Assembly: GCA_963693365.1 (NCBI GenBank)
Contig: CAVNZM010000006.1
Location: 3,038,001-3,102,000, forward strand
Length of the DNA: 64,000 nt
Direction of reading: 5' to 3'
Origin: Amoebidium appalachense
Taxonomy: Eukaryota > Protista > Ichthyosporea
A program made the translations under genes and the position numbers. Within the stretch, counting starts at the first letter, position 1, and each line of letters starts with the position of its first letter. Below the pieces are notes generated by a model. The model saw only the letters and a list, made by a program, of their open reading frames with translations. It did no database searches and was not told where the DNA came from. Shown piece by piece: positions 12,606 through 27,222 of this stretch.

Positions 12606-13282
12606 GCCGATATAAACAGTTAGGTGTGGTGTGTGCCTGTATGTATCATGTCCCCCTTTTCCTTTATTATGTCTTCAAATTCCTTTCTTTTCGCTTGTTG
12701 CCGGGACGGATGAGTGGGGCGGAGGCAGGGGCAGGGCGGGCGGGCGGGGAGAGGGGGGGGGAGGGGGGGGGGGGGGGGAGGGGGTAGGGGGGGGGGGGGG
12801 GGGAGGGGGAGGACAGAGGGAAGGAAGGACGGGTTTTAGGGTTTTAAAAAGTTCTCCGGATGCCGCGGATAGATGGTGTTTATACATCGTTACAGAGTAT
12901 GACGTGCACGTTCATGGCGTATGCTCATAGGCAGAGCCCATCCTCAGGGGGGCACAAAGTCACTCACAGTGCCCGAGTTTCAACCCGCTCACTCGGGGGA
13001 AGGAGGAGGAGGACGAGGGGAGGGGGGGGGGGGGGGGGGGGGGGGGCACCTGTATTCTCTGGAGGGCGGCAAAAATAAATGTGGTGAGGCCTGCACCGTA
13101 CAGGCCACCTAGGTAGCCGTACTTTTGCACCACCACAGCAAAGATGGGGCCCATGAGAAGGGGCGTGCAGAACACAAACATCTGTGTGTGTGTGTGTGTG
13201 TGTGCGTCGTGTGTGTATGTGTGTGCGGGTGGGGGGGGTTGTGTGGCGGGGGAGAGCGGGCAAGGAAGGGGCTCTGTGTGTC

Positions 13283-13335
<53 letters not shown>

Positions 13336-13898
13336 TGAGGCATCCATGTCACCTTGCTGTGTTGTTTTACCCATAATTAAGCAACAGGGACCAGGGCGCT
13401 AAATTCCAAGTGAACTGCGAAAGCAACCATTATTGGGAGACAAAAGAAATGGCTGAAAATACGTGGAATTGGACAGTGGAAATACGCATCAAGGGAACAC
13501 GATCACAGAGAATGACAACATATATTTAGATGTGTGTGACCAAGTCGTGAACGCACGAGAGGGTGGTTATGTGTCCATGGTTAGTCTGTGTCGTGTTGGT
13601 GGGCAAACGAGTACTGGGCACTTGGTGGTAAGTGGTGTGCAGGGACTGTAGGGGTGTGTATTTTTGGATGAAGCCGAGGGAAGGGGGGGAGGAGGGGGGA
13701 TGGAGAGAGGGAGAGGGGGGGTTGGAGGGGTGGCCCATTAGAAAGGAGAGTGGGGCTAAACCTTTTAAGCCCATCCAAATGGTCTTAGGGGTTGTTAAGT
13801 ACATACAAAAGGGATTACTTATTACTTAATGCATTCAAATAGATGGACGCCGGGGAGGAGAAGGTAAGGATTGGGGGTGCATGGAGAAGTACGTGAAG

Positions 13899-13931
<33 letters not shown>

Positions 13932-14219
13932 GGGAGGAGGGGGCGCTATAGTAAACGAATCAAGAAATCTGATACAATGAAATCTAGACTAGGGATTACC
14001 TTTGTGTAGCAGTGCAGTGTTCGGGGGTTTTATAATCCCTCACCAACAGAATTTTCTCCATAATTTCGACAAGGGTGATGTGGTTTTGAACTAGTCGGGT
14101 GAATAGAGGGGGGTGAGGGGTTTGGGGGTTCGGCTCATGTCATTGGCTTCGGCAAGCTGCGGTGGCTGCAAGTTTGTGGCGGGGGAGGGGGGGGGAGGGG
14201 GGGGGATGGGGCAAGCCAT

Positions 14220-14302
<83 letters not shown>

Positions 14303-16350
14303 CGGAGGGAGGGGGAGGGGGAAGGGGGGAAGGGGGCACTTCGAAGTAGATAAGGGAGGGTCGATATGGGCAGAAAGCGCCAAGGGGAGGGGGGGGGGTG
14401 AGTGAGAGTAAGAGAGAGAAGGGGGAAGAGGGGGGGGGGGGAGGATTTGGGGAGGAAGGGGGGGATGTGGGAGGGGGGAGGAAGGTTGATTTTTGCGTAT
14501 GCCCAGCATAGTGCTTGCGCGGTGGGTGGGCGGGTGGGTGAGTAGGTGGGTTGGTGAGTAGGTCGGTGGGTGGGTGGCTGAGTAGGTGGGTGGGTGAGTA
14601 GGTGGGTGGGGAAATGCAGAGAGGAAAAGAGGCTAGTACGATCCGAGTTTCTGTGCAGGTGGAGGGACCCGGCGGCGGGGGGTGGGGGTGGGGGGGGGGG
14701 GGGAAGGGGAGGAATAGAATGAGTTAAAAAGTACGAAGTACACACCCACGATGGATAACATATGGCGTGGTTTAAAAGGAACAGAGTATGCCATCATAAG
14801 CAGGGACGGGAAAGGGAGGGGTGGGGGGGGGAAGGGGTGGAGGGGTGCTTTATGAGTGTCAGGTGAACTATTGTACGAGTGAGAGACAGTTGGGTCACAA
14901 CTGCCTTTGTGGTGTGAAGCAGGGCCGGCGGGGGGAGGGGGGAGGGGAGGGAGGGGGGGGGGGGGGGGGGGGGGGGGTGGGGGGAGGGAGAGGTGAGGGA
15001 AAGGAGAGGGGGGAGGGAGATGGGGGGTTTAGAATGTGTTACAAAGTGCCAAGCACACATTTATAAAGAAAATCACGATGCAGGTACACATAGAGAGCAT
15101 GCATGATAAACAGAACCCATCATCAGAGGGGGGAGGGGGGAAGGGGGGGGAAGGAGGATTAGAGGGACAAAGGAGACGGGGGGAGGTAGGGGAGGAAGGA
15201 GGGGGGGAGGGGATTCTACCTTTGAAGACAGGTTGTAGAGTGCCGCCTTAATAGCGGCCCTGCCATCCTCCCTCCTTGTTGTCAAATATTTGATCAGTAA
15301 ACCCACCATAGATCGTAGTAGAAACACAACGTGCATCACATACGTCTTGCCTAGCCCTGTTTCGGAGGATAGCTCCCTGAAAAGGGGGAGGGGGGAGGGA
15401 TTGGGAGAGAGGGGAGGGCGGAGAGGGAGGGAGGGGGGGGGGGGGAGAGGGGGAGGGATGGTAGGGAAAGAGTGAGAGTGGAAGAGAGGGGTGGAGGACG
15501 GGGAGGTGGAGGGCTGGAAAATGGGCAGGGAATAGTGAGATGTGGGGAGGAGGACGTGTTGGTGATTGGGGGTAAGGGGGGTACGGATGGTGCTGGTGTG
15601 GGCATTGTGCCCCCCCCCCCCCCCCCCCCCCCCCTCCCCCCCCCCCCCCCCCGCCCCACATCCCCCACCCCCTTCTCCATCTCCCAACCACCAAAAAGTA
15701 GACAAAAGAGAAAAAGGGAAGTTAGAAATGCAGCTTCGTGGCGAATGGGTAAAAGATTTTGTGGGGTAGGTGGGTGGGGGGATGGGGGGGGTGGTGGTGG
15801 TGGTGGTGGTGGGGGGGGGGGGGGGGGGGGAGGGGGAGCACTATGAGCTGGGTATGGGGGAGACGGGAAGATAAAGAGAAAGATGTTCAACGAATCGGGT
15901 ACGGAACAACAAGGGTAGAGGAAGGGGGGAGGAGAAGAAGATGTGTGCGTGGGGGGGGGGGAGGGGGAGGGGGGAAGAGAGAGAGGTAGGGAGGAGGGGG
16001 AGGGGAGGCGGGGGGAGGGGGGGGGGGGAGAGGGGTGGGGGAGGAGGGGAGGGGGGGGGCTCAAAAGGTTCACAGCAGGCTACCTGTTATGTAATTTAGA
16101 GTGACCAAGTTTGCCTTAAAAACCCCCACACAATCAGCAAATTTCAGCTTGTTGTTGGGGGGGGGGGGGGGGGGGGGAGTGGCCGAGGGAAGAGGGGAGA
16201 AAATGTTAGAGAAATTGAAACAGTAAAAAGCACAACGAGAGTGGGGTGAGGGGATGAGAGGGAGTGTCAGAATCTAATACAGAGTACGGAATATGCATTC
16301 GCGAATGGCAACAGAAGGCCGATTATGCAAAGTACGCACAAAGAGTATGG
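11702..16350 (-). CDS. Bestrophin-like (YneE/VCCN-type) membrane protein, multi-exon; 5' exons uncertain, possibly extending to ~19.3 kb
   Basis: GT-AG exons 15376-15220, 14156-14000, 13181-13050 and 11983-~11702 splice to ...[36 protein letters not shown]|[15 protein letters not shown]...[10 protein letters not shown]|[18 protein letters not shown]. Exon 14156-14000 needs +1 C in each of two C-runs. Likely upstream pieces are [13 protein letters not shown] (~16300) and [13 protein letters not shown] (16148-16084). Confidence 0.6.
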
Positions 16351-16862
16351 GGGGAGGGGGGAGGATTCAAAATCCCGGGGATTGGAGCAGACATAAGGTA
16401 AGGGGGGAGTGAGGTAAATCTGCAAGGGGTCTGGGAAGGAGGGTTGCAGGGGGTGGTTCACAGTATGCAGAGAAAGAGCACCGAATGAAGGGATCAAGGG
16501 AGGGGGTGGAGGGGGAGGGACAGGGAAGGGGAGAGATGGGAAGCCGTTCCGTTTGAGTACATTTAGAGAGACGAAAGGGACACGGGAGGGAGGGGGGGGG
16601 GGGGAGGGGGGGGAGGGGGGGGGGGGGGGGGGGGGGGGGAAGAGGGCCCGGGGGGAGGGGGGAGGGGGGGGGAGCTCTAGAAGAAGTTTTGTAAGCAGAA
16701 TATCTGCAGGGACAGATATGCAGAGATGGTGATAGGGTAGGCATGGGGAACAGTAGGGCTGCGTGCGTGTTTTCATGCGAGTTGCATTGGTTATGGTCTA
16801 ACAAATTCCGTTTCTGTGGGGGTTTTACTCACTCATGTGCCCTCCCCTCACCTCCCCCCCTC

Positions 16863-17804
<942 letters not shown>

Positions 17805-18412
17805 CCTCTCCATGTCTGCCAGCTCATTCAAATACTCCGCCTTCAGTCTCTCCCCCCCTAACTCGTGTTTTCTTCCTCCTGACTAGTTCTCTCACGGAGT
17901 CCAGCCATGCGTGCATGCTTGCATCTTGTGCGCATTGCCCAGTCCTCTGGTTGTGCCGTGTCATCTGCAGAGTCCTAAAACCAAAAAGTCAAAACGGAAC
18001 GACATGTGTGGATTGGATAAGGCCTGGGGAGAGCCCTCAATGAAGGGAGGGGGGAGGGGGGTTGGTGTGTGTGTGTGTGTGGTGACGGCGGGGGAGGGGG
18101 GGGTAGTTGGTGTGGGGGCAGGGGGGATGGGGGGGTGGGGGGTGGGTTGGAGAAGGGGGGTGGAGAGGGGGGTTAAAAGTAATGACTGAAAGGTAAATAG
18201 CACACTCTTTTTTTACCTCCTCCAACCCCCCCCCCTCCCCACCCCCACCTTCTCTCTCTCTTTCCCCCTCTCTTTCCAGGTCGCCCTTTCCCAGTCTTAG
18301 GCCCCCAAATTTCTCCCCTAAGTCTCCTCCCCCTCCCCCCCCCACCCCAACCTCACACACACACAAAAAAGAAGAAGAAGAAAAAGAAAGAAGAAGGAGA
18401 AACATCTACATA

Positions 18413-18853
18413 AGGCCCCGATCACATCAGCAGAATCAACTTGTTCCGCACAGAATTAATCAACAAAAACAGATTTAGTTTACAAAAAGCTTTTTAGCAG
18501 AATTATTCAGCAAAGGACGGTCAATCTGCTAAAGCAGAATCGTTCTCCTTTAATCAGAATTGTCCTGCAAAAAGCCGAATCAATCTTCTTCCGGCAACAA
18601 AATAAGTACTTGCACCAAGCAGATTATTTCTACTTTTTTTTTAATTGTTTATAAAAACTATTTCTGTTTTTTGCAGCTAATTCTGCTCGAAGCAGAATAA
18701 TTCTGCTCGAAGCAGAATAATTCTGCTCAGAGCACAATGATTCTGCTTTTGCATATTATTTATGCTAAAAGAAGAACCTTTCTGCTTAAAGCCGAAATTT
18801 ATCTGCTTTTTGGAGAATGATTCAAGTTGACTTTGCTCATGTGATTGGGCTCT
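18413..18853. mobile_element. MITE family A, complete 441-bp copy with ~30-bp imperfect TIRs
   Basis: Left end AGGCCCCGATCACATCAGCAGAATCAACTT; reverse complement of right end AGAGCCCAATCACATGAGCAAAGTCAACTT. TA on both flanks. Internal AGCAGAATAATTCTGCT palindromes. The terminal motif resembles PIF/Harbinger, but the superfamily is uncertain. Confidence 0.8.
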
Positions 18854-19384
18854 TACATAGCCCCGTCCCTCCCTCACCCAGTAGCAGAGTGAGAATACAA
18901 CACAAGTGCCCCAAACACCAGACCGTCCAAAGACAATACACCATTATCTGGTCTCTTCCCATACATCCCACGCCATAAACCCTGCCCACCTTTGCACTGT
19001 CCCCTTTACCCTGCCCCCGATCGAATGCCCCTTGCAAGGCTGTGTGCGACTCAAAATTGATGCTGGCCGACGAATCGTTTTCCTCGTTTTGAAATAAAAC
19101 AGACGGAATAGCTTTGCCCAGAACGGGGGTTTGAGGTGGCTGCTGTGTCTGAAAGAAGGTTTTTGATGTTACTTTGTGATGGGGAACGATAACAGGCAAA
19201 GGGAATGGCATTCTTTTCATTGACGTTTTCATGATCCGGAGGCAGCCAAATGGTTTTCATCATTGAAATCGCAGCCTTCGGATGTAATCAAAGGTGAAGA
19301 AGTATGTTTGGAATTACGTGTTAATGTGCATGTGCGTGCTACTGGACTTAATCATGTGTGTGGATGTGTACATGGTCTGGTGCC

Positions 19385-20358
<974 letters not shown>

Positions 20359-21316
20359 GGCTCGGAACGGTAGGGGGGTGCACCCACCATCCATGGGTGT
20401 GGGCTTGTTTGTGTTGATGTGTTATGTGACTGTGTGTATGGAAGGCGATGATGTCAAAAGTAACGCGCACGAAGTAGACGCAGAGAATTTTGTATACATG
20501 AACCTACGGACTTAGAACCAAGCTACCAACTTACCATCCTCTCAAATCACGAGACTGAAGAAGAAAAAGTTGCTGCCAGAGACTTCCCACACCAACATTT
20601 GACTCGATTCTTTTTCTAGCAAGACTCTGGATCAATAAACGATTGTTTCCTTCTTTACTACTAAACCCTGTGTTTCATGTGCAATGTTCTCACTCTGCGT
20701 TTTTCCGTTCATTTTCTTCTCTTCTTTGTCTTGGGCAAGAGGAAGCTTTGAATCCGGGCGGACTTGACTCCAGAACCACAATTAGATCCATCAGCTCCAA
20801 TGAATGCACGCGAATAGAGATCCGGTTAAAAAGGAGCGTGGATTACAACCAATAGTAGAACCCAATTCCTGGAAAACTCCAAAAACCAATAGATCCAATA
20901 GATTCGAGGTCCAACATCACGGTGGACACGCACATTTATTGTCACCACGACGCCTCCATGCATCATTCTCCGCCAGAGCCAGAGGGGTGGAACTGGCAGT
21001 GTCAGTGCGCTAGAGAAAAAAATTATTCTTTTTCAATGTACATGTTTGTAATGTGTGGGTATATCAAATAAGACTCTACTACAGCAACATTGGATATGCC
21101 TTGCACCATGATGCATATCATAATCAATCCTCTGGCAAAAATGGCCATATCTGAGATCACGAGTTTGACCCCCCCCCCCCCCCCCCCCCCCCTTTCCCTC
21201 TCTCCTAGCCCACATCCTCCCAACAGAAAAATGTGTACACACACATAATACTATATAAATACAACAAAAACACGCACCCACCCAAACACACACCAACGCA
21301 GACACGTGTAGTTTAT

Positions 21317-21465
21317 AGCAGATTGATTCTGCTGTTAGCAGAATAATTCTGCTTTTAGCAGAATAATTCGGCTTTTGCTGAATAATTACTTTTAGTTCTG
21401 CTTTTTGCAGAATAAATTTTAAATCTGCTCGGAGCAAGTTGACTTATGCGATGCGGTTGGGCCCT
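21317..21465. mobile_element. MITE family A, terminal fragment
   Basis: Ends AAGTTGACTTATGCGATGCGGTTGGGCCCT (TIR) and carries the same palindromic subrepeats. Confidence 0.7.
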
Positions 21466-21484
21466 GTATGTGTGTGTGCGCGTG

Positions 21485-21533
<49 letters not shown>

Positions 21534-21862
21534 GCGTGTGCGTGCGTGTGTGTGTGTGTGTGTGTTTGTGTTTGTGTGTGTGTGTGTGTGTATGTGTGGT
21601 TCAGTTACAGGGGTAGAGGAGTGGGGGGGGGACGGGGGGTGCAAGGGTATACAGCATGCAGTTGCCGAATGATTAATATCATGTGACGTACTTACGGTTG
21701 TATCGAGATCAGATGTCCTATATTCTTGTCGTGCATCCGAGTCATTTTTTCGTATAACTTGCATTTTTTTCCTCCCCTACATTGCGAAAAGAAATTCATA
21801 AGAAAGGCTTCGGTACGTACGTGAACCGTTTCTTCTCCAAAGTTTGTTTCTTTTAAATTTCT

Positions 21863-21915
<53 letters not shown>

Positions 21916-22372
21916 CTGCCACTCCCCGTTTTCTTCGCTCAAGTTTGTCTCCCCCCCCCCCCCCCCTCCCCCCTCCCCCCCTTTTCTTCTCCCCCCCCCC
22001 CCCTTGTTCTCCCCCCCCCCCCCCCTCTCTCTCTCTCTCTCTCGCTCCCTCTCTCTCTGTCTGTCTCCCCCCCCCCCCCCCCTCGGGTTTCTTTTCTTCC
22101 CCTCCCCCCCCCCCCCCCCCACACCTTTCTTTTCTTATCTCAAAAAAGAAAAAATTACGGCTACAGCGTATGTAGTCTTCTCCTTTAACATGCTGTGTGT
22201 GCTGTGTTGTTGACAATAAAAAGAGACTCAGTGATTATTAGCACGATTACAGCTCACAAAAATATGTTCCACACTTGAAACTTGGGTTAACAATCATGAA
22301 TCATTGATTGAAGTTTCGAACAAGACTCGGTGGTATCATCGTATTCGATTGAAATCAGGCCCAAAATACCCA

Positions 22373-22418
<46 letters not shown>

Positions 22419-23299
22419 AAAAAAAACAAACAAACAAACAAGCCAAAGGAAAGAGAGGAAAAGAAAAGAAAAGAAAAGAAATTCTCTCACCCATTTTGAT
22501 ACATGGAAGGAGGGGAAAGGGGGGGGGGGGGGGGAGGGAGCGGCCTCACGCCGCGCACCCATGCACATGCACATGCACATGCACACACACCCACCGTGAC
22601 ACCCACACACACACACACACACACCCCCACACACACACACACCGTGACGGGTGTGCCTGCGCGCACCCGCACAGTTACGCCCACACACACACACACACAT
22701 AAACACACCGTGCACACTGTGACACACAGACACACACACCGTGACACGTGCACACACACACACACGCACGCACACACACAAATCTCCACCGGAAGACTCG
22801 AGCTCATATTTTGTCCATGCTTCAGACAGAGGAGGAGGAGGAGGGGAAGGGGTTGTTTAATACGATATATATGAGTGGGAGCGAAATAGGAGTCCTGAGG
22901 GGCCTGTGTGTGTGTGTGTGTGTGTGTACAGTGTGTGTGTGTCGCATTGTGTGTTTGGGGGGGGGGGGAGGGGGGGGGGGGGGCAGGAGACTCAGGATTT
23001 GAGGTGGGAGGGTGGGGGGGGGGGGGGGGGAGGGGGAGGGAGTCGGGGGGGGGGGGGGGGGGAGAGAAAAAAAACAAATTCCCCGGGTCTAGATTACAAA
23101 CACATAGCCTGTGGCCCGAGTCAGTGGGGCACTGAGATTGACTCTCTGAACACGAGTTTCTGTCGCGATCTTCAACTCATATGTGTTTACTATGTTACAG
23201 AGCCAATAAAGGACAATACCCTAAATCTAAATTCATATTAGTTATTTATCAGAAAAAATTAAACGCAACACAATACCCACAGTTTTCATTGGCCAGAGA

Positions 23300-24679
23300 T
23301 CATGGCTTATCCGACGTGCTAATATTAATGTGCACTAGGCTAGCTTGTGATATCATAACATCAATATCGTGCTTCTTATTGGCTGTCACATGCATTCCTG
23401 GAGTAGGTTCAATTCTAACCTGCGTTAAATTTGTTAAAGCAACAGGGCCATGCATTGCATTCCGCTCCGGTGCTATAATCTTCTCGTAGGCAATTTGTGT
23501 TGCTAGACTATCTAGAATCCAAAGACACCCTGTAACTCTTATAACGCCGTTGCTCAAAAAGAAAAACAACGTACGCCCAGGGCTAATAATTGTCATTGCT
23601 ATCGTAAGACACATAAACGAAAGCATTGCACCAATTACACGCACATTATTATGGTAGTCCATAAATTTTAAATCCACACCCATACCAGAGAGTCCCTCAG
23701 AGTACTTATACAAGAGTGAAAGGAAGAAAATTTGAAACAAAATGAAAGCGTCAGTTATAACGTGCATGTATTTCAGCCGCGCATCCAAAGCGTATATCCA
23801 CACGAACATAAAAGAGTAGATAACGAAGGAAAAAGGGACGGTAATTAATAATAGTCTGTAATATTCATATCTCCCCAGAACATGGAGAGCGCGACCACGA
23901 AACATGAGTTGAATAATTCTCTGTCTTTGCACAATAGCCGAAAAAACCATAGTAAGAAAGAAAGAAACAAAGAACCCAGCTACAAATTGGCGGGTAATCA
24001 TTCGCTCTTTTGACTCCAACGCACTATCCACCGTTTTGAAATTCGTAAAATCAAGATAGTCTCCAGCTGGGTCGAGATATCCAACAAGATTTGCGAAAAA
24101 CACATCACGGGCAACAAACGACGCCAACATAGAAAACATAAACTGGTTGAGGAAAAACCACCCTCGGGCCTTTACGGTTGGCCGTTGCCTGAAAACATAA
24201 CATCCTATCCACGCTGCAATGACGATCACGCCCACCACCAGATTTGCGTAATAGTTTATCCAAAACGCCCACCTATCTCCTCCCCGATGCTGATTGTAGA
24301 TGTCGATCAGTCCCTGCCTGGACAGCATTATCTTTTGCAATAGGCCGATTTTTTCTGATGGTGGTGCGGTTTGCATTTGCTCAAACATGGAAATGAGGTC
24401 CAGAACAGTTGGTTCCATGTAGTAGTAGCACATGAACGGAGTGTGCACCTGGCTCATAATCATCAGGCCTATCTCGATCAGAGCTAAAGAAGCGAAAAGA
24501 CACAAGAAGGCAATCCATGTTACCCGGTAGTAGTGTTTTCCAAAGCGCTTGCTGGTTGCAGCCCCTGTCGTATGGACGTGATGGGCTGTAGCTGCGCCAC
24601 CACCTGCTTGAGCCTGCTGCCAGAGCCCTTCTGCTGGGTGCTGCCATAGTATGATATATGTAAGTAATCCTGTTGACAT
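23300..24679 (-). CDS. Intronless multi-pass membrane protein, 7TM GPCR-like (class C/7TM-RGS-like core) with an extra N-terminal TM
   Basis: 459-aa ORF with about 8 hydrophobic helices. The loop CYVFRQRPTVKARGWFFL resembles the R-x2-P-x-[IV]-K-x-R first intracellular loop of class C-like 7TM proteins. Confidence 0.75.
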   Translation of the reverse strand: MSTGLLTYIILWQHPAEGLWQQAQAGGGAATAHHVHTTGAATSKRFGKHYYRVTWIAFLCLFASLALIEIGLMIMSQVHTPFMCYYYMEPTVLDLISMFEQMQTAPPSEKIGLLQKIMLSRQGLIDIYNQHRGGDRWAFWINYYANLVVGVIVIAAWIGCYVFRQRPTVKARGWFFLNQFMFSMLASFVARDVFFANLVGYLDPAGDYLDFTNFKTVDSALESKERMITRQFVAGFFVSFFLTMVFSAIVQRQRIIQLMFRGRALHVLGRYEYYRLLLITVPFSFVIYSFMFVWIYALDARLKYMHVITDAFILFQIFFLSLLYKYSEGLSGMGVDLKFMDYHNNVRVIGAMLSFMCLTIAMTIISPGRTLFFFLSNGVIRVTGCLWILDSLATQIAYEKIIAPERNAMHGPVALTNLTQVRIEPTPGMHVTANKKHDIDVMISQASLVHINISTSDKP

Positions 24680-25700
24680 GGTGAACTCATCCTAGTCACT
24701 TTTGATGAAGCGGATGGGAATAGGGTCGTCATTGAGAGCTTAAGGTTGGTAGGTATGAAAAGGGGGGTCTAAAGGGGTGAGAAGCCTTCCGGGAAAGTAA
24801 GGCCTGGGCTGCATGATGATGCAGATGTGAGCGACTCATGACAGGATGCAGGTGCGGACTCTGGGCTACACGAGAAGGGCCATTCCAGTTATCTAAAAGA
24901 CTGTGTGGATGCCTATCCGGTAACAAATGCGGGGAATGTGCCACGAAGTACTACGGTAGTGCGTGGGTGGCAGCCAACATGAGCTACTGGGGCCCATCAC
25001 ACTATGTGACGGACAGGCTTGCTGCCCGGAACAGATGAATGCGACAAGCGCATAGTCATACCATACCTTTTGAGGGACTTTCCATCTTCTCCCGTGCTGC
25101 TCATCTTCGTGTGGTGATTCGATGCGGAGTGGTCAAGGACTAGCAACTTCGGGCCCCTGGTCATGCCTGGTTAACATGCACACATGTTACTGCTTGTAGT
25201 CAGGGACAGTTTGAGACCTCGAGCCCACTGGCGATTAATTTTTACGTGACTACTGCATGCTGGCGATGATGTCGTTTTGGTGGTCAAAGGCGCTATCTAT
25301 GACGGATATACGCTTTTTCAGTGGAATGTCTTTTAGGACCATGAGTTTGTGCGTGTATATGTATGTGACCATGAGCACGAGTGCAAAAACCCTGCACTCA
25401 ACACCGACTCGTTTTCTCAACTTCATATGGGGATATGCGAACTTGAATAGAAAAAATGAGCGCCGAGGAGTGAGCGACCAATGACCCTGCGTTCTGCGCA
25501 TTCCGTTCGCATCCCAGTGGTGATATATCACATATCTGACATTCCATCCATCGAGATGAGCCGAACGGCCTGGCCGGTTGCCAGTTGTGCCCACAGCAGC
25601 CCACATGTACAGCGTCGTTTTGTTCCTTCAATTAGGCTCAAGTACGGTAGACCTGTCACACGGTGTCTGTGTATTTATGTGAGCCTCGTGTTTGAAAGTG

Positions 25701-25746
<46 letters not shown>

Positions 25747-25747
25747 C

Positions 25748-25823
<76 letters not shown>

Positions 25824-25994
25824 TTCTCACAAGATCGTGGTGGCCAGTGTACATGTGTGATCGTTTGTGACATGTCACGCATGGTTTGCATTGCGTCTTC
25901 AGTGTCATCATGCCCCCACTGGTGGCACACCTGGTGGTAGGTCGCGGCGCATCGCCGCCGCGCGCGAGAGAGTCACAGACTCCACACACACAGT

Positions 25995-26065
<71 letters not shown>

Positions 26066-26087
26066 TATATGCACGCACACACACATG

Positions 26088-26121
<34 letters not shown>

Positions 26122-26281
26122 CACGCGCGCGCTCGGGCACCCGCCCCCCCAGCCCCCCCCCCCACCCCCACCAAAAAAACACACACACACACACCCACGC
26201 ACCCCCCACACACCTACATTTAGCCACGCACTCACACTCACACACTCGGGCATCCCCCCCCCCCCCCCCCCATACACATGC

Positions 26282-26320
<39 letters not shown>

Positions 26321-26345
26321 ACACACCTACATTTAGCCACCCCCA

Positions 26346-26388
26346 CCAGGGACAAAGTTCTCTTGACCATCGATGGACATTATGTAAA

Positions 26389-26420
<32 letters not shown>
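26346..26420 (+). repeat. Inverted duplicate of the 3' end of a KDZ exon plus its donor and poly-C
   Basis: CAGGGACAAAGTTCTCTTGACCATCGATGGACATTATGTAAATCCCC is nearly identical to the reverse complement of ~27215-27265. Confidence 0.85.
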
Positions 26421-26422
<2 letters not shown>

Positions 26423-26613
26423 TACACACACACACCTACATTTGCCCACCCACCCACCCGTCAACCCCCCCCCCCCCCCCCCCCCCTCTCTTCCCCCACA
26501 CATACGAGAGCGCAACCCGGCCACAGACCCCCCCCCCCCCTCCCCCCCCCGGCACGCCCGTTTACATACACATCTATACACACTTTTTCACACACAAACT
26601 GAAATAAACCCAC

Positions 26614-27073
26614 CAGCTCAACGAGGGCGATGAAGGTCATGAGACCGTTACCCAGTGTGAGGGCAATGGATTTGTAGTGGGAGGCAGGGGGCAACTCTGT
26701 GAATACGGCAGGGCGCTGCATGGCAGGGGCCAGGGCGTCATCCAGAATGCCCCTTGCTGCCTTGTACTTCTGAAAGTACAGGCTGAATGTCTTGGCCATG
26801 TCCTGTAGCAGCAACAGTAACTTAGTGAGCTTGTTTGTCTATACAAAAGCACGCTCGGGACCTGCAAGTTTTTTTGAGGTAACAAACAAAAAGGAGTACC
26901 TCTTGCGATTTGAGACGTGTGTTTTTACCATGTTTCCAGGTGTGGCCTGACACGTTTTTTGATTTGGTGGCGAGTTTTTTATTTTTTATTTTTTATTTTT
27001 AATTTTTTTTAATGATAGTGTTGTTGTACGTGGTGGTGAGAGGTTGGAAAGCCTTGGGGATGGTGGTGGTGGT

Positions 27074-27120
<47 letters not shown>

Positions 27121-27151
27121 TGGTGATGGTACTGGTGGTGGTGGTGTGTGC

Positions 27152-27222
<71 letters not shown>

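Noticed and set aside
18680-18735. Regularly spaced palindromic repeats resembling a CRISPR array
   Set aside because: Eukaryotic context, no unique spacers and no cas genes; they are MITE subrepeats.
20440-22370. Scattered possible exons (for example 21777-21696)
   Set aside because: No coherent protein or family could be assembled from them.
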